Shown in pieces: positions 1 to 13,061 of a stretch of 64,000 bases of DNA; the stretch's first letter is position 1; every line of letters starts with the position of its first letter. Below the pieces are notes generated by a model. It saw only the letters and a program-made list of their open reading frames with translations. It made no database searches and was not told where the DNA came from. Source of the DNA: the human T2T-CHM13v2.0 reference genome, Homo sapiens; assembly GCF_009914755.1 (NCBI RefSeq), contig NC_060926.1; one strand, given 5' to 3'. The position numbers and the translations under genes were made by a program.

Positions 1-1173
1 CAGTTGTAAAACAGAAAGGCATTTTACTGGAATTATTTCATGTGTTGGCACAGTGTCTGATCTTGCTCATTTTTAAAAGGGGAAATAATCCAGTGTTCGT
101 CTGGAATAGTTATTCTGCCCATGCAGAAAAGAGATAGGGTATTTTAATTTAGAAAATTATTTTAGTAACTAGAACAAAGGAAATGTTTGGACAAGCAAAG
201 TGATAGTCCCACAAGTATTTATCTTTGCATAAATAGTCTTCCTTTTGGTCAACTGGACCTTTATATAGAGGCCCTTTGTATTTTGAGATAAGCAGCAGGG
301 TCTCTTGGGAACTGGATGATAATTCTATTTTGTGGTAGTCATGACAGGGTGATATCATGGGTTAAAGAATAGACCTTTGCCAAATTCTTCCAAAATATAG
401 ACCAGAAATAGAGACTTCCCTGTTTTAATCAGAATGGTCAACTTATTGCTAAAGGGGCAGCTGGCATGAACCCAAACTGAAAACATTTTAAGTAAGGATT
501 TTTTTAAGGGCTACATTAATGTGGATAGCCTCATTCTGGCATTATAGACCTTTTGCAAGTGATTTTCATACAACTTAGCCATGCCTGCACACAAGGCTGC
601 TGTCTGAGTTTCTTTTTGACATTCATATTCAGATAAAATCTGATTAGCCCAAGAGATGGAAGCAACTGCAGGGTGCATGCCACCACTTATGACTGCTTTG
701 TCTATGGGAGACACGGCTGTTGGATCACAACACTTTTCCACTGAGTCCAGCCTCAAGCATCCACTACTACTCAGTCTGAATTGACACTTGAGATAGATTC
801 TACTTGCCATTCTTGAGTTGAACTGAACTCAATGGGCAGGTTTGGGAGCAGAAAACAAACCACATAAAGTCAGCCTGAAATGTACCAGGGGAGCTTATGG
901 GTTGACTGTCACTGTATATACATTTTATCTTAATTAAAAAAAATTCCAGTAGAATGACAGTCCTCCTTTCCCCTGAAGGCATCCTTCCTGCGCAGCCTTG
1001 TGCAAATGTGGACCACCTGCCTCCACACTGGCCAAAGCTGAGTTACATATTGTCCTGCAGAGGTCTATAGGATCATTTTAGGAAATATTGTCACACTTAT
1101 TGTGTCTATTCTTATGTTAATCATTTCATTATGTCTTATTTATTCAGTCTTATCTATTAATAATGTGATCTTA

Positions 1174-2460
1174 TTTTTAATTTTTAATTTTTAAAATTTA
1201 AATTTTTGTGGGTGCATAGTAGGTATATGTATTTATAGGGTACATGAGATGTTTTGATACAGGCATGCAATGAGTAATAATAACACCATGGAGAATGGGG
1301 TATCCATCCCCACTAAGCATTTATCCTTTGTGTTACAAACAATCCAATTACGCTCTTTTAGTTATTTTAAAATATACAATTAAGTTGGCAATAGTCACAC
1401 TGTTGTGCTATGAAATCATAGGTCTCATTTATTCTTTCTGTTTTCTTGTTTTTGGTACCCATTAACCATCCCCACCTCCCTGCAGTCCCCCACTTCCCTT
1501 CCTGGCCTCTGGTAACCATCCTTCTACTCTCTGTGTCCATGAGTTCAGTTGTTTTGATTTTTAGATCTCACAGATATGTGAGAACATGTGATGTCTGTCT
1601 TTCTGTGCCTGGCTCATTTCACTCAACATAATGATCTTCGGGTCCATCCATGTTGTTGCAAATGACAGGACCTTCTTTTTTATGGCAAAGTAGCCCTCCA
1701 TTGTGTATATGTACTACACTTTCTTTATCCACTCATCTGTTGAGGGACACTTAGGTTGCTTCCAAATCTTGTCTATTGTGAACAGTGCTGCAACCAACAT
1801 GGGAGTGCAGATATCTCATCCATATACCGATTTCCTTTCTTTACAGTATATACCCCCCAGTGAGATTGCTGGGTCAAATCGTAGTTCTGTTTTTAGTTTT
1901 TTGAGGAACCTCCAAACTGTTCTTCATAGTGTTTGTACTAATTTACATTCCCACCAACAGTGTACAAGTATTGCCTTTTCTCCACATCCTCAAAAACATT
2001 TCTTATTGCCTGTTTTTTGGTTAAAAGCCATTTTGACTGAGATGAGCTGTTATCTCATTGTAGTTTTGATTTGCATTTCTCTGATGATCAGTGATGTTGA
2101 GCACCTTTTCATATGCACACTTGCCATTTGTATGTCTGCCTTTGAGACATGTCTATTCAAATATTTTGACCATTTTTTGAATGGTTTATTAGATTTTTTT
2201 CCTCTAGAGTTGTCTGAGCTCCTGATATATTCTGGCTATCAATCCTTTGTCAGATGGGTAGTTTGCAAATATTTTCTGTCATTCTGTGGGTTGTCTCTTC
2301 ACTTCGTTGCCTGTTTCCTTTGCTGTGCAAAAGCTTTTTACCTTGATGTGATCACATTTGCTTATTTTTGCTTTGGTTGTCTGTGCTTATAGGGTATTGC
2401 TCAAGAAATTTTTGGCCAGACCAATGTCTTGTAGATTTTCCCCAATATTTTCTTACAGTC
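1174..2460 (-). mobile_element. 5'-truncated old L1 (L1MA-like 3' end)
   Basis: Antisense L1 ORF2 C-terminus and 3'UTR; TSD ATAATGTGAT(C/T)TTA at 1160-1173 and 2461-2474. Confidence 0.9.
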
Positions 2461-2597
2461 ATAATGTGATTTTAATTACCACCGTTCATTCCACAAATTA
2501 TTGATTGAACACCTGACAATATGATGGTGAAGTAAGTTCTTGCCCCCCTGGAACATATAGTTGGGTGGCAATAGTTGACAGAGTGATTTTACACACT

Positions 2598-2722
2598 TTA
2601 TATATAAAACATGTGTATACATATGTATTTAAAGATATATACACTGTATAATGTATATGTACATTATTCACATATAAGCATATGGCATGCATTATACACT
2701 TATATATACATATTTTATACAT
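2598..2722. repeat. TA/CA-rich low-complexity tract
   Basis: Degenerate TATA/TACA repeats. Confidence 0.7.
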
Positions 2723-3384
2723 GATCTAAATCTAAACTATGCTTTAAGATGGAATTATTATCTCTCTCTTAGCAAACAAAAAGCCATGGCTCAGAAATAT
2801 TAAACATTTTACCCAAAGACATGTACAACTAATAAGTGGTTGACATGAGGCTCAAATGTAGGTTCGAGTTTTGACCCCAAATCATAGCATACACTGAAGT
2901 ATCCTAAATACTTCAAGCATCATTGGATGACATGTCATACAATAATGGAGGAGGCCTGCAAGTCTGAGGCAGGCCGGATTCTTCACAATCCCAAACCTTA
3001 TTCCACCAGAAGAGAAACCAAAGGGAAGTGTGTTTCCTCACAAATACATTCATGCAGATCCTCAGGGCCTTCAGCTTTCCCATTCATTACTCCACATGGC
3101 AACTGGCTAAATATTTTTGACTCTTCCTCATTGGGATGATACTGATACCAGTTCATTGTCATTTTTCCAAGAATAGAGAGGATGAAAACTCAAAGCATGG
3201 AAGACATTCATACATGGCCATCTGTCAAGATACTTAATAATACAACCTCTCATTTGTAGAGCACATTCGAACTTATAAAATCTTATCCAAATTATTTCAT
3301 TTCATATGTTCTAGAAATCTCTGAGGTAGTCATTCTTATCATTTTAGTGCTGGGAACTGAGCCTTAGAGAGGGCAAGTGGCTTA

Positions 3385-3765
<381 letters not shown>

Positions 3766-4897
3766 TCATCTAAGATTCAGCCAACCATCTCAGCAGTGTT
3801 ACCAGAGCTTGTAAGTGAAGGCAGATTTGGGGTAAAACCAGCTTTTATTTATATGTGTCTTCAGTGAGTCAGATTAGTTGGTTTGCAGGCCATATTTTGA
3901 AAACCACTAGGCTTTAGAATATTTAATTCTTTCTCCAATTCTGACTAACCCTCCCAAGAATTGAAATGTTCTAAAACCCTGAAAAATGAAAACCCTTCCA
4001 ACCGAACACCAATAATTATCATTTTTGTATTTTTCTCCTCAAAATAGGCAATTAAACATGTAAAAATAAATAAAGACTTCAAAAAAAGAAAGAACTATAC
4101 TCTAAGATCATGTGTCAGATGTAGTTTCAGAAGCAAGATCTGCCGGCAGTTCTTACACATAGCGGGGGTGAGAATGTTTCTGTGAGGTGGGTCCTTTGTG
4201 GTTCTTAATGGTGTGAACCCGACATGAAAAGGGAGGTGCAGGGGAAATCATAGCAGGAAAGGGTTTGGGTGGGGATGAAGTAGATAATAAGAAGGATTGG
4301 TTGCTCTTTTCAATGAAGTGTGATAGCTGCTAGCATTTGGCAGTTTGGGAAATGATCTTCTTTTGTATTATTTTAATGAACATCCCCTGTGTGCTCAGTA
4401 TCATGAACCAAGGAAAGTACCTGATAATGTAATTGCCATGGAGAAGGAAAGATAACCATACTGAAGACAATTAAAGAACTACATGAGGAAATATATAACA
4501 AAGTTCCAGGTTGTATGGCACAATCAGTGAGAAAAGCAGGAGGCACCCCTGAGATCACGGTGGGTCTGTGCAGTTCGGGAAGCCTCATCAATGAGGTGGC
4601 TAAGCTGAGCCTTGAAGGATATGGAGAGGTTAGGCAAGGTGAGAAAGAGGAGAGGGCAGAGTTGGGGAGGAGTATTCCAGAGAATGGGGTTGGCTTGAGC
4701 AAAGAGCCGGGAGTAGAAATGAGAATGGCTCCCCAAGTAGCCACTGATTTGAGAGGATTTGTGTTGAAGGAACAGAGATGATGTCACCAAACATTTTAAA
4801 AACCAACTGTAAGTAAATATAGAATCTTTCCTGTTAGGAGGAAAATACAGTTTGCAAAGAGCCCTGTCCATCTCAGCTCTTTTGGTTGTCATTACAG

Positions 4898-5053
4898 GGG
4901 AGCGTGTTCAATACGTGGAAACCCATGTGGGTTGTATTGTTAGAAGATGGAATTGAATTCTATAAGAAGAAAAGTGACAACAGCCCCAAAGGAATGATCC
5001 CGCTGAAAGGGAGCACTCTGACTAGCCCTTGTCAAGACTTTGGCAAAAGGATG
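4898..5053 (+). CDS. PLEK: Pleckstrin exon 2 (N-terminal PH domain, GSVFNTWKPMW...DFGKRM)
   Basis: attacag|GGG acceptor and ATG|gtaagt donor; 156 nt translating to pleckstrin residues 15-66. Confidence 0.98.
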
Positions 5054-5292
5054 GTAAGTTGACATCATGAGCTGCCGTGAACCCCTGGTCAGGCACTCAA
5101 CTTTTGGTGCAAGCATTGCCTACAATGTGGGTGGTGCTCCTTGGGCTGGTCCCTCTCACCACCACCCACACCCCACCCTGGCATTTGGGTTTCTCTTGGC
5201 TAGAAGAGGTTTAGGCCAATGGCCTCTGCTTCATGAGGGGCCCCAAGCCCTTGAAATAAGCCATTTCTAATGGGATGTGTTTTGATTTTCAG

Positions 5293-5474
5293 TTTGTGTT
5301 TAAGATCACTACGACCAAACAGCAGGACCACTTCTTCCAGGCAGCCTTCCTGGAGGAGAGAGATGCCTGGGTTCGGGATATCAAGAAGGCCATTAAATGC
5401 ATTGAAGGAGGCCAGAAATTTGCCAGGAAATCTACCAGGAGGTCCATTCGACTGCCAGAAACCATTGACTTAGG
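5293..5474 (+). CDS. PLEK: Pleckstrin exon 3 (end of PH1 and the PKC-site linker RKSTRRSIR)
   Basis: ttttcag|TTT acceptor, GG|gtgatt donor; 182 nt, FVFKITTTKQQDHFFQAAFLEERDAWVRDIKKAIK...ETIDLG. Confidence 0.98.
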
Positions 5475-5703
5475 GTGATTTTCTGTGTTTACTTCTCTTT
5501 ACCCATTCCTTCTGAAAGACACAAACATAGCAGATCCTGCTCCAAGGCTTGCTTTGACCACCTCTGATGTTGTATCCACTCTGCCAGGTCAATACTGGCA
5601 CTTGGTGTACTAAAATGTTTACCTGGGTCTGAAGGAGTGATCCAAGGCCTACTAGCTGAGGAGAGGAGGCGAATGGAGTACAAATTCCCTCATACTGGGT
5701 ACC

Positions 5704-5730
5704 AGAGAGAGAGAGAGAGAGAGAGAGAAA
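5704..5730. repeat. (AG)n microsatellite
   Basis: AGAGAG run seen directly. Confidence 0.9.
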
Positions 5731-7111
5731 GAAACATCATCATTGCATTTATAACATAGCCATAATAAGTCAGTCTTGAAATAAAGCTTTAGGATCTTTA
5801 GGTAGAAAGGAAAAAGCAGGGGCTATGCATCCAAGCAAGCAAGGTTTCAAGTTCAAGTTCATTCATTTACACACTCAGGAAGGGCCAGCCAGGGTAAACA
5901 CCCATCCTGGTGGAAGCCATTTATGTCCTGACCCAGTTTAATGGCCGCTGATGTTGGTTGGCTTGGAATTGCAGGTGATAGTTGTAGACTAAAGGTGGTC
6001 AGAGGCCAACAGGAAGATCTAGCTCCTGACAGAGGTTGGGAATGGGATTTCTTCCTTCCTGAGTATCTCACATCTTTGGTCACATGAGCCCCTTTCTCTA
6101 GGAGTCACTTTCTTCTTGGTAGTTTTGCTTTTTTGTTGAGCATTCCCTGAAGCAGGAGCCCTGTTGAGAAGAATCCCATGCCAGCTGCTTAAAATGTCCA
6201 ACAAGAATTTTGTTTTTATGGAGGGTGGGGTGGGGAGAAGCACTGAGAGGAGCCTAAAGACATCCCTTCTGCACTTCTGCATGACGACACAAGACTTGGC
6301 ATGGCACAGGAGTTTGACAAAGTTTGTGAACTGAGCTGAGTGAGACTCAGCAGCCTCCTTCACCACAAAAGCTTTTTGGCAAAGAGCTCCAACGAGGCAC
6401 CTAGTGCAGCTGCAGCTGCTGATGGGGGCCATCGAGTGACCACAGTCCTGGCCAGTGCTGTCAGAACTAAGTGGGAAAAATGCTCGGGCTATAGGGAGCC
6501 ACAGGCTACATGGAAGGGGCCTTCTGTTTTGTTGCTTAGAGCTTCTCTCGTAAGGCTATCTTTGATGTATTACTTCAAGGACAAAAATGAGAACTTCTCA
6601 CCATTTTGCCTTATATCTCATCATTTTAAAGATAAGACATATGCTTAGTGGAAGCATTCACTTTCTTAAAGGCCAATGTCTACCACAGATGGTCCCTTGA
6701 AGAGCATTAAAGAATTGGGATATGAGGATTGAGGGACATTAAAGATGTAGAATGTGTAGAAAATGGACCCTAGGAACCTTTCATCTTTGACCTCTAAATT
6801 GGGGCAAATTTCCATCCCAGGAACCAATAATTAAATCAACAAACAGCTGAATGAATTTAAGAGAATTTAGGAGACGTTAAGTACCTTCCAGCATTGCTAA
6901 ACGCTGTGCAGGCTACAGAGTTATGCAGATATGAATGTTGCCCCTCCACTACTTATGATCTGATGGAGGGAGATTAAGCTCAGGGGATACCTGGGGTGGG
7001 GGAGCTTGTGCTCACCTCCCAGAGAGAACTTACCATTCTGAAATGTTCCCCACTCATCCAACTGGGTTTTTTTTTGTTTGTTTGTTTGTTTGCTTTTTTA
7101 TCTCTGTGCAG

Positions 7112-7203
7112 TGCCTTATATTTGTCCATGAAAGACACTGAAAAAGGAATAAAAGAACTGAATCTAGAGAAGGACAAGAAGATTTTTAATCACTGCTTCA
7201 CAG
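7112..7203 (+). CDS. PLEK: Pleckstrin exon 4 (start of DEP domain)
   Basis: tgtgcag|T acceptor, G|gtaaaa donor; 92 nt, ALYLSMKDTEKGIKELNLEKDKKIFNHCFT. Confidence 0.97.
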
Positions 7204-7376
7204 GTAAAAGCACTTGCAGGCCTGAAATAGGGCGACTGGGAAGGCGATATGGAGTCCTCCTTCGGCCTCGTCTGTGAGGTGGGGGTATGAAGTATGGGGG
7301 TTGGAAGGGGTCCCAGAATGCAGCCTGGTGAGCCTGAGGATGAAGCTCCTACAGAGTGAAAATAGAAAGAAGTTTG

Positions 7377-7440
7377 TTGTTCAAGCTAACGATTTTGTTC
7401 AAGCTTTATTTGTTCAAGTTAACATTTGTTCAAGCTAACG
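7377..7440. repeat. Degenerate minisatellite, four copies of TTGTTCAAG with 15-18 bp period
   Basis: Cores at 7377, 7395, 7410 and 7426. Confidence 0.85.
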
Positions 7441-7629
7441 TTCCAATCAAAGGATTTTTTTTCTCAATAAATGGCATTATGTTGAGACTTGCTAGAAATA
7501 GACACAGAATTGGATAAGATGCAACCCTTACTACAATAAACAGGGATTAAGGCATACAATGTAAGTTTTAAATGACAATATTAGGGCTATCAGAGGCTGC
7601 ACAGGGTCAGGTATTAAGTGTTATGAGTT

Positions 7630-7890
7630 TAGGTAGTATGGTGTAGTGGTTAAAAACATGTCCTTTAGAGCCAGACCACCTTGGTTCAAATTCTGGCTCT
7701 GCAACTTACTAGTTATAAAACCTTGGCTCAATAACTTAGCCTCTCTGTGCTTCACTTTCTCTGTCTATTTAGTGGGGATAATCACAGTGCACCTACCTCA
7801 TAGGCTTGCCATTATGTGTGTAGAGTAGTGCCTGGCACACACTCAGTGCTATATGGTGCAAGCTCAAGTGGTTATTGTGTTTTAAGTGGT
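7630..7890 (+). mobile_element. MIR SINE
   Basis: GTGTAGTGGTTAAAAACATG...GGTTCAAATTCTGGCTCTGC...GTGCCTGGCACA, matching MIR core features. Confidence 0.75.
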
Positions 7891-8037
7891 CACATGTCTG
7901 TACAACCAATTCCAGGGGTTCAAAAAAAGAGAAAGAACTCAGGGGTTGATGGGATGAATAGGAGGTGGTACCCAAATTTGACCCTGAAAGATGGGTAGAA
8001 TTTCATTAAATATTTACAGGAGGATTTTTAATGAGGA

Positions 8038-8132
8038 GCCAGGGCAGAGGATGAGCAGAGGATGGGCCAGGGCAGAGGATGAGCAGAGGATGGGCCAGGG
8101 CAGAGGATGAGCAGAGGATGGGCAAAGGATGG
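8038..8132. repeat. 28-bp VNTR, three perfect copies of GCCAGGGCAGAGGATGAGCAGAGGATGG
   Basis: Copies start at 8038, 8066 and 8094, plus a partial copy. Confidence 0.95.
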
Positions 8133-8710
8133 TGAGGACAAAGTTATGAGGCAGACATGTGCAGAATATGCATCTAGAAAAAGAAACTGACCAGCCTAGT
8201 AGGGCTGACGGTTCATCAGGGGGAGCAAAATGGGATGTACAATTTGGTACTAAGTTTGTCAGATACCAGGCCTGGCTTTCTTATGGTGACAGGAGAGATC
8301 AAAGGAAGAAAACTCTGAGCTGATACAGCAAATGTGGAATCTAAGAGGATGTGCCATCAACAGATAATCCATGAAATTGGTCCAGGTCAGGATCAGCAAG
8401 GCTAAGGGGAAAAGGCTTTGATCACTGACGATGAGATAGTCCCCCGTGGGAATAAGCCTCAGAGTCAAGGCAGCAGCCCAGCATCAGACAAGGCAGGGCT
8501 GAGATTTGGGATCAAGACACCAAGCTGTGGGTGGTGGTATGAGAAAGTGACAAGAACAAGGGAAGTTCCCAACTCTATCAGGACCGAGGTCACTGCAACA
8601 GCCTTGGGCAAAGGGAACAGGAGGGCATTTCAATGTAGACTTGGGCACCCAATCCAGGTCAGACTGATTTCCACTGTAATGTGTTACTGAGTCCCAGACT
8701 ATTGGGCTGG

Positions 8711-9088
8711 TTTTTTTCTTCTTGTTCTCCTTCTCCTTCTCCTTCTCCTTCTCCTTCTCCTTCTCCTTCTCCTCCTTCTTCCTCTTGTTCTTATTCTTCT
8801 TTTCTCCTTTTTCCTCTTCCTCTTCTTTTTATTTGAGACGGAGTTTCACTTTTGTTGTTCAGGCTCACTGCAACCTCTGCCGCCCGGGTTCAAGCGTGAT
8901 TCTCGTGCCTCAGCCTCCTGAGGAGCTGGGATTACAGATGTGCACCACCATGCCTGGCTAATTTTTGTATTTTTAGTAGATTCGGGGTTTCACCATGTTG
9001 GCCAGACTGGTCTCAAACTTCCAACCTCAGGTGATCTGCCTGCCTTGGCCTCTCAAAGTGGCCTGTAATCCCTAAGATTACAGGTGGG
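8711..9088 (-). mobile_element. Alu (AluS-type) with (CTTCTC)n-derived tail and internal deletion
   Basis: Antisense Alu body at 8830-9088; pyrimidine microsatellite tail at 8711-8830. Confidence 0.9.
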
Positions 9089-10639
9089 CTAGTACTTCTT
9101 AAATCCTTCTTGTTGAAGGCCAGGGTGGGTTTTGGACATTTCTATGGGTAGAGCCTTCATGGGGGAGTCAGGTGGCCTCGGCTGGGAGATGAAGGCTGTA
9201 GCAGAGACTGGGACCCAGCAGTACTGACACATGATGGAAGACCTTAAATGTCCGATGACAGGCAGACTAGACCAAACTTGTCTTTCAAGCTTCAGCATGC
9301 CTCACTGAGTGAGCGTGGATGCAAGGGTTAGAACACTTAAAAGTGACAGCCCAGAGCAGTTGTAACTTTGGCCTAAGATCACTCAGATTCCCTGAGCCTT
9401 AATTTTCTTATCCTTAAAATGAGGACTGCAATTACCACCCTGCCTCTTTCACAGGCTGCTATGAAGATAAAAAGAAGAAATGCAGTGTCACTTAGTTTAT
9501 CTTTGTAGAGAAAGAAAAGTGAGCAAAAGCCTTTCATACATGAAATTCATGGAAGGCTCGCTATCCAACTGCTGTCACTCCTGTTTTGAGGGTGGCATCC
9601 CTACTGCTTTTGCCCGGATGACAGGACAGGCAGGCTGTCATGTTGACTCCCTTGTTGGCTACATTTGTAAGGAACACACTGCTTTTTATTTTTATCTTTT
9701 TTAATTGACACATAATAGTACGTATTTATGGGGCACAATTAATGTTCTGATACACATATACATTGTGCAGTGATCAAATCGTGGTAACTAGTGTATCCAT
9801 CACCTCAAATATCTATCTTTTTTTGTTGTAAGAACAAACATGCTGTTTTTAATACAAAGCTTCATTGTAACCTGCTAATAATCCAATGTATGGGTCAATT
9901 TCATTTTCTTCTCTTTGCAATCATCTCTTGACCAGAAGATTGCTTAAATGACTTCTCAAGGTCCCTGCTAGACTCTGCAAAGTCATGACAATCAGTGCAG
10001 GTGATGTCATCAAATTTTAATTTAGGACATATATCCATCACATTATTTCCTATTTAAAAACTTAAAATGATTTCCCATTAGCCAAATTTCTTACTGTGCC
10101 ATCAAAGCTCTCCCCACCCACCCTTCACCTCCCTCCTCCTCTTATTTCCTTTTGCCTTCTTTCCACCAACTCCTCCCCTGCCCCATGGGGCTGCTTTATG
10201 CCTGAGTGCATCTGTTCACACTGCTGCCCCCTCAGCTTGTGCTGGTTCCTCTGCATCCTGCTTCATATGCTTGGCAAACGCCTACTCATATTTTAAGCCT
10301 CTGCCCAGTGTCACTTCCTCTATGAATCTTTTCCTGATGGTGATGCACAGCCCTCTTCTCTCACCTCCTTCACCTCTTTCACACCTTCAGATTTGACCCA
10401 GTAGTCTCGCAACTGACTTATAGCAGAGCACTTGTTACAAGACTTATTTATTACACCCATCATGCCCTTTTACACTCCTTGAGGGAATTTCTCCAACACC
10501 CAGTAGAGTACCTAGCATCGAGTAGGTGCTCAGTAAATGTTTGTTCATCAATGGGATAAGTGAGTGGGTTAGTAAAACCTATTTCTTTGATGCATGTGTT
10601 GCTTTTTTTTAAGACAAAGACTTTATTTTTTTATTTTTA

Positions 10640-10832
10640 AAGTTATTATTTTTTTATTTTATTTTTGTTTTTATTTATTTATTTTTTATTATACTTTAAG
10701 TTTTAGGGTACATATTTTTTGAGATGGAGTCTTGTTATGTTGCCTGGGCTGGTCTTGAACTCCTGGGCTCAACTATCCTACTGCCTCAGCTTCCAGAGTA
10801 GCTGGGACAACAGGTGTGCCACCATACCTGGT
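10640..10832 (-). mobile_element. Alu monomer (FLAM/AluJ-like) with an ultrashort L1PA 3' end in its tail
   Basis: TTATTATACTTTAAGTTTTAGGGTACAT (10686-10713) is the antisense L1PA terminus; followed by GAGATGGAGTCTTG...ATACCTGG monomer. Confidence 0.8.
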
Positions 10833-11071
10833 CATGTGTTTCTTCTTAAGCAGCATGTAGATGTTCTTAAAAACCCTTTACATAGTTTTTTGTTTGTTTG
10901 TTTGTTTCTAGTGGGTATCTATCCCACTTATTTTGTTTTCTCTTTCTTGAAATAACAGGGGAGACGAGACAAGTCAGACCTGTGGGTGAGCTGGAGTCAG
11001 TTCAGGGGTGATTGTCAGGGGCTTGTTCTTCGGTAAGGAGAGTTAACCTTCCCTGTGCTGGTCCCATCTAG

Positions 11072-11256
11072 GTAACTGCGTCATTGATTGGCTGGTATCC
11101 AACCAGTCTGTTAGGAATCGCCAGGAAGGCCTCATGATTGCTTCATCGCTGCTCAATGAGGGGTATCTGCAGCCTGCTGGAGACATGTCCAAGAGTGCAG
11201 TGGATGGAACTGCTGAAAACCCTTTCCTGGACAACCCTGATGCCTTCTACTACTTT
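11072..11256 (+). CDS. PLEK: Pleckstrin exon 5 (DEP domain)
   Basis: catctag|GT acceptor, TTT|gtaaga donor; 185 nt, GNCVIDWLVSNQSVRNRQEGLMIASSLLNEGYLQPAG...DAFYYF. Confidence 0.97.
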
Positions 11257-11399
11257 GTAAGAAAAGCTCCCCATCTCTTCTTCCTGTAAGGGAGGCTGCC
11301 CTGAGCAGATTCTAGATTGATTTCAGTTCATAGACATCTATAGAGCGCTGTTAGGCAGCGGGTAGGGAGGTCAGCCAGGAAGAACAAGGGAATACCTGA

Positions 11400-11882
<483 letters not shown>

Positions 11883-12956
11883 TAGACCCTAGTCCATGGC
11901 AAGCATTCTCTAAGACAAGAAGATACAGCCACGTAGACAAGCGTACTGGAGGGACAGGCAAAAATCCTGCCCTACTGCAGCTTCCTTTCCAGACAGGAGT
12001 CTATAAATCACAGGTTTGATGTATTAAGTGCATTATTCCAAATGTATGTTAAAACACATGACTCTTAATACAAAATGTGTCCACAGATGTCACTTCCTGC
12101 AGTCATCTTGTGTACCTCCCACAGTATGCTTACCCACGATTGGGAAACACTATATTATACAATGTGAACCTGTTCTTAGGCCATGTGAGCAATGGTGGAT
12201 TTCTTGGGGGATTTTGGCAGTTTTGTTTCTATCTTGGATCAGAGCACAGAATTTAGGAAGTTACCTAAGAGAACCATTCTTCTTATAAACATGAAGTGAA
12301 CACCCTAGAGGGTTTCATTTCACTTTAGGGGAAGTTCCACAGTCTGTTTTTTTTTTTTCTTCAGTCCTTTGATCTGGTCGTTTATAGCCATTTCAATGCA
12401 GGATTCTAAAAATACCCATCACAGTGGCTCCTCTTCCTCGGTCTGATTCATCATCTACTTTTGCTGAGCAAGTCCCACTTCCCTCATAACCTCAGGGGAA
12501 GAGGCTGGACACATGCTGTCACTTTTCTCCAAGAGGGGGCTCAGTGGCAAATGTTGAGCTGGTGATAGTATTGCCAATGAGAAATTAGCCTGCCCTGCTT
12601 TCAAGGATGTGACCATGATATCCCAAGAGAAGGAAGGCTTTGAAGGCAGACATGTGCCTGGTTAGGAAGATGGAGCTAAAGTTAGGATACAGCTTGGGAG
12701 ACCCTCCAGAATAAAAGGATATTGACAAGATCACACCTGAGTGGAGACAAGAAAGGAACAGCCCCGGAAGCAAGTAAAAGGAGGAGGAGAAACTCGCTCA
12801 TCAAGGACCTTTGAAGTTCAGATTGGGATGTACACAGGAATGGAGGAAAAAGGAGGAGGCTGCCCTCATGGCTGGAGGGGAGGGGGAATGGAGATGGCAC
12901 AAGTTGCAATGTGCCTAAGACTGGTGATGTTAGCTTGCTGTTTGATTTTCCAACAG

Positions 12957-13061
12957 CCAGACAGTGGGTTCTTCTGTGAAGAGAATTCCAGTGATGATGA
13001 TGTGATTCTGAAAGAAGAATTCAGAGGGGTCATTATCAAGCAGGGATGTTTACTGAAGCAG
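12957..13061 (+). CDS. PLEK: Pleckstrin exon 6
   Basis: ccaacag|CCA acceptor, CAG|gtgagt donor; 105 nt, PDSGFFCEENSSDDDVILKEEFRGVIIKQGCLLKQ. Confidence 0.97.

Noticed and set aside
1703-2392. 229-aa plus-strand ORF
   Set aside because: It is the antisense frame of an old L1 3' region, a common artefact
7377-8132. Short repeat arrays as CRISPR-like loci
   Set aside because: Eukaryotic intron, no unique spacers of appropriate length and no cas genes; ordinary minisatellites
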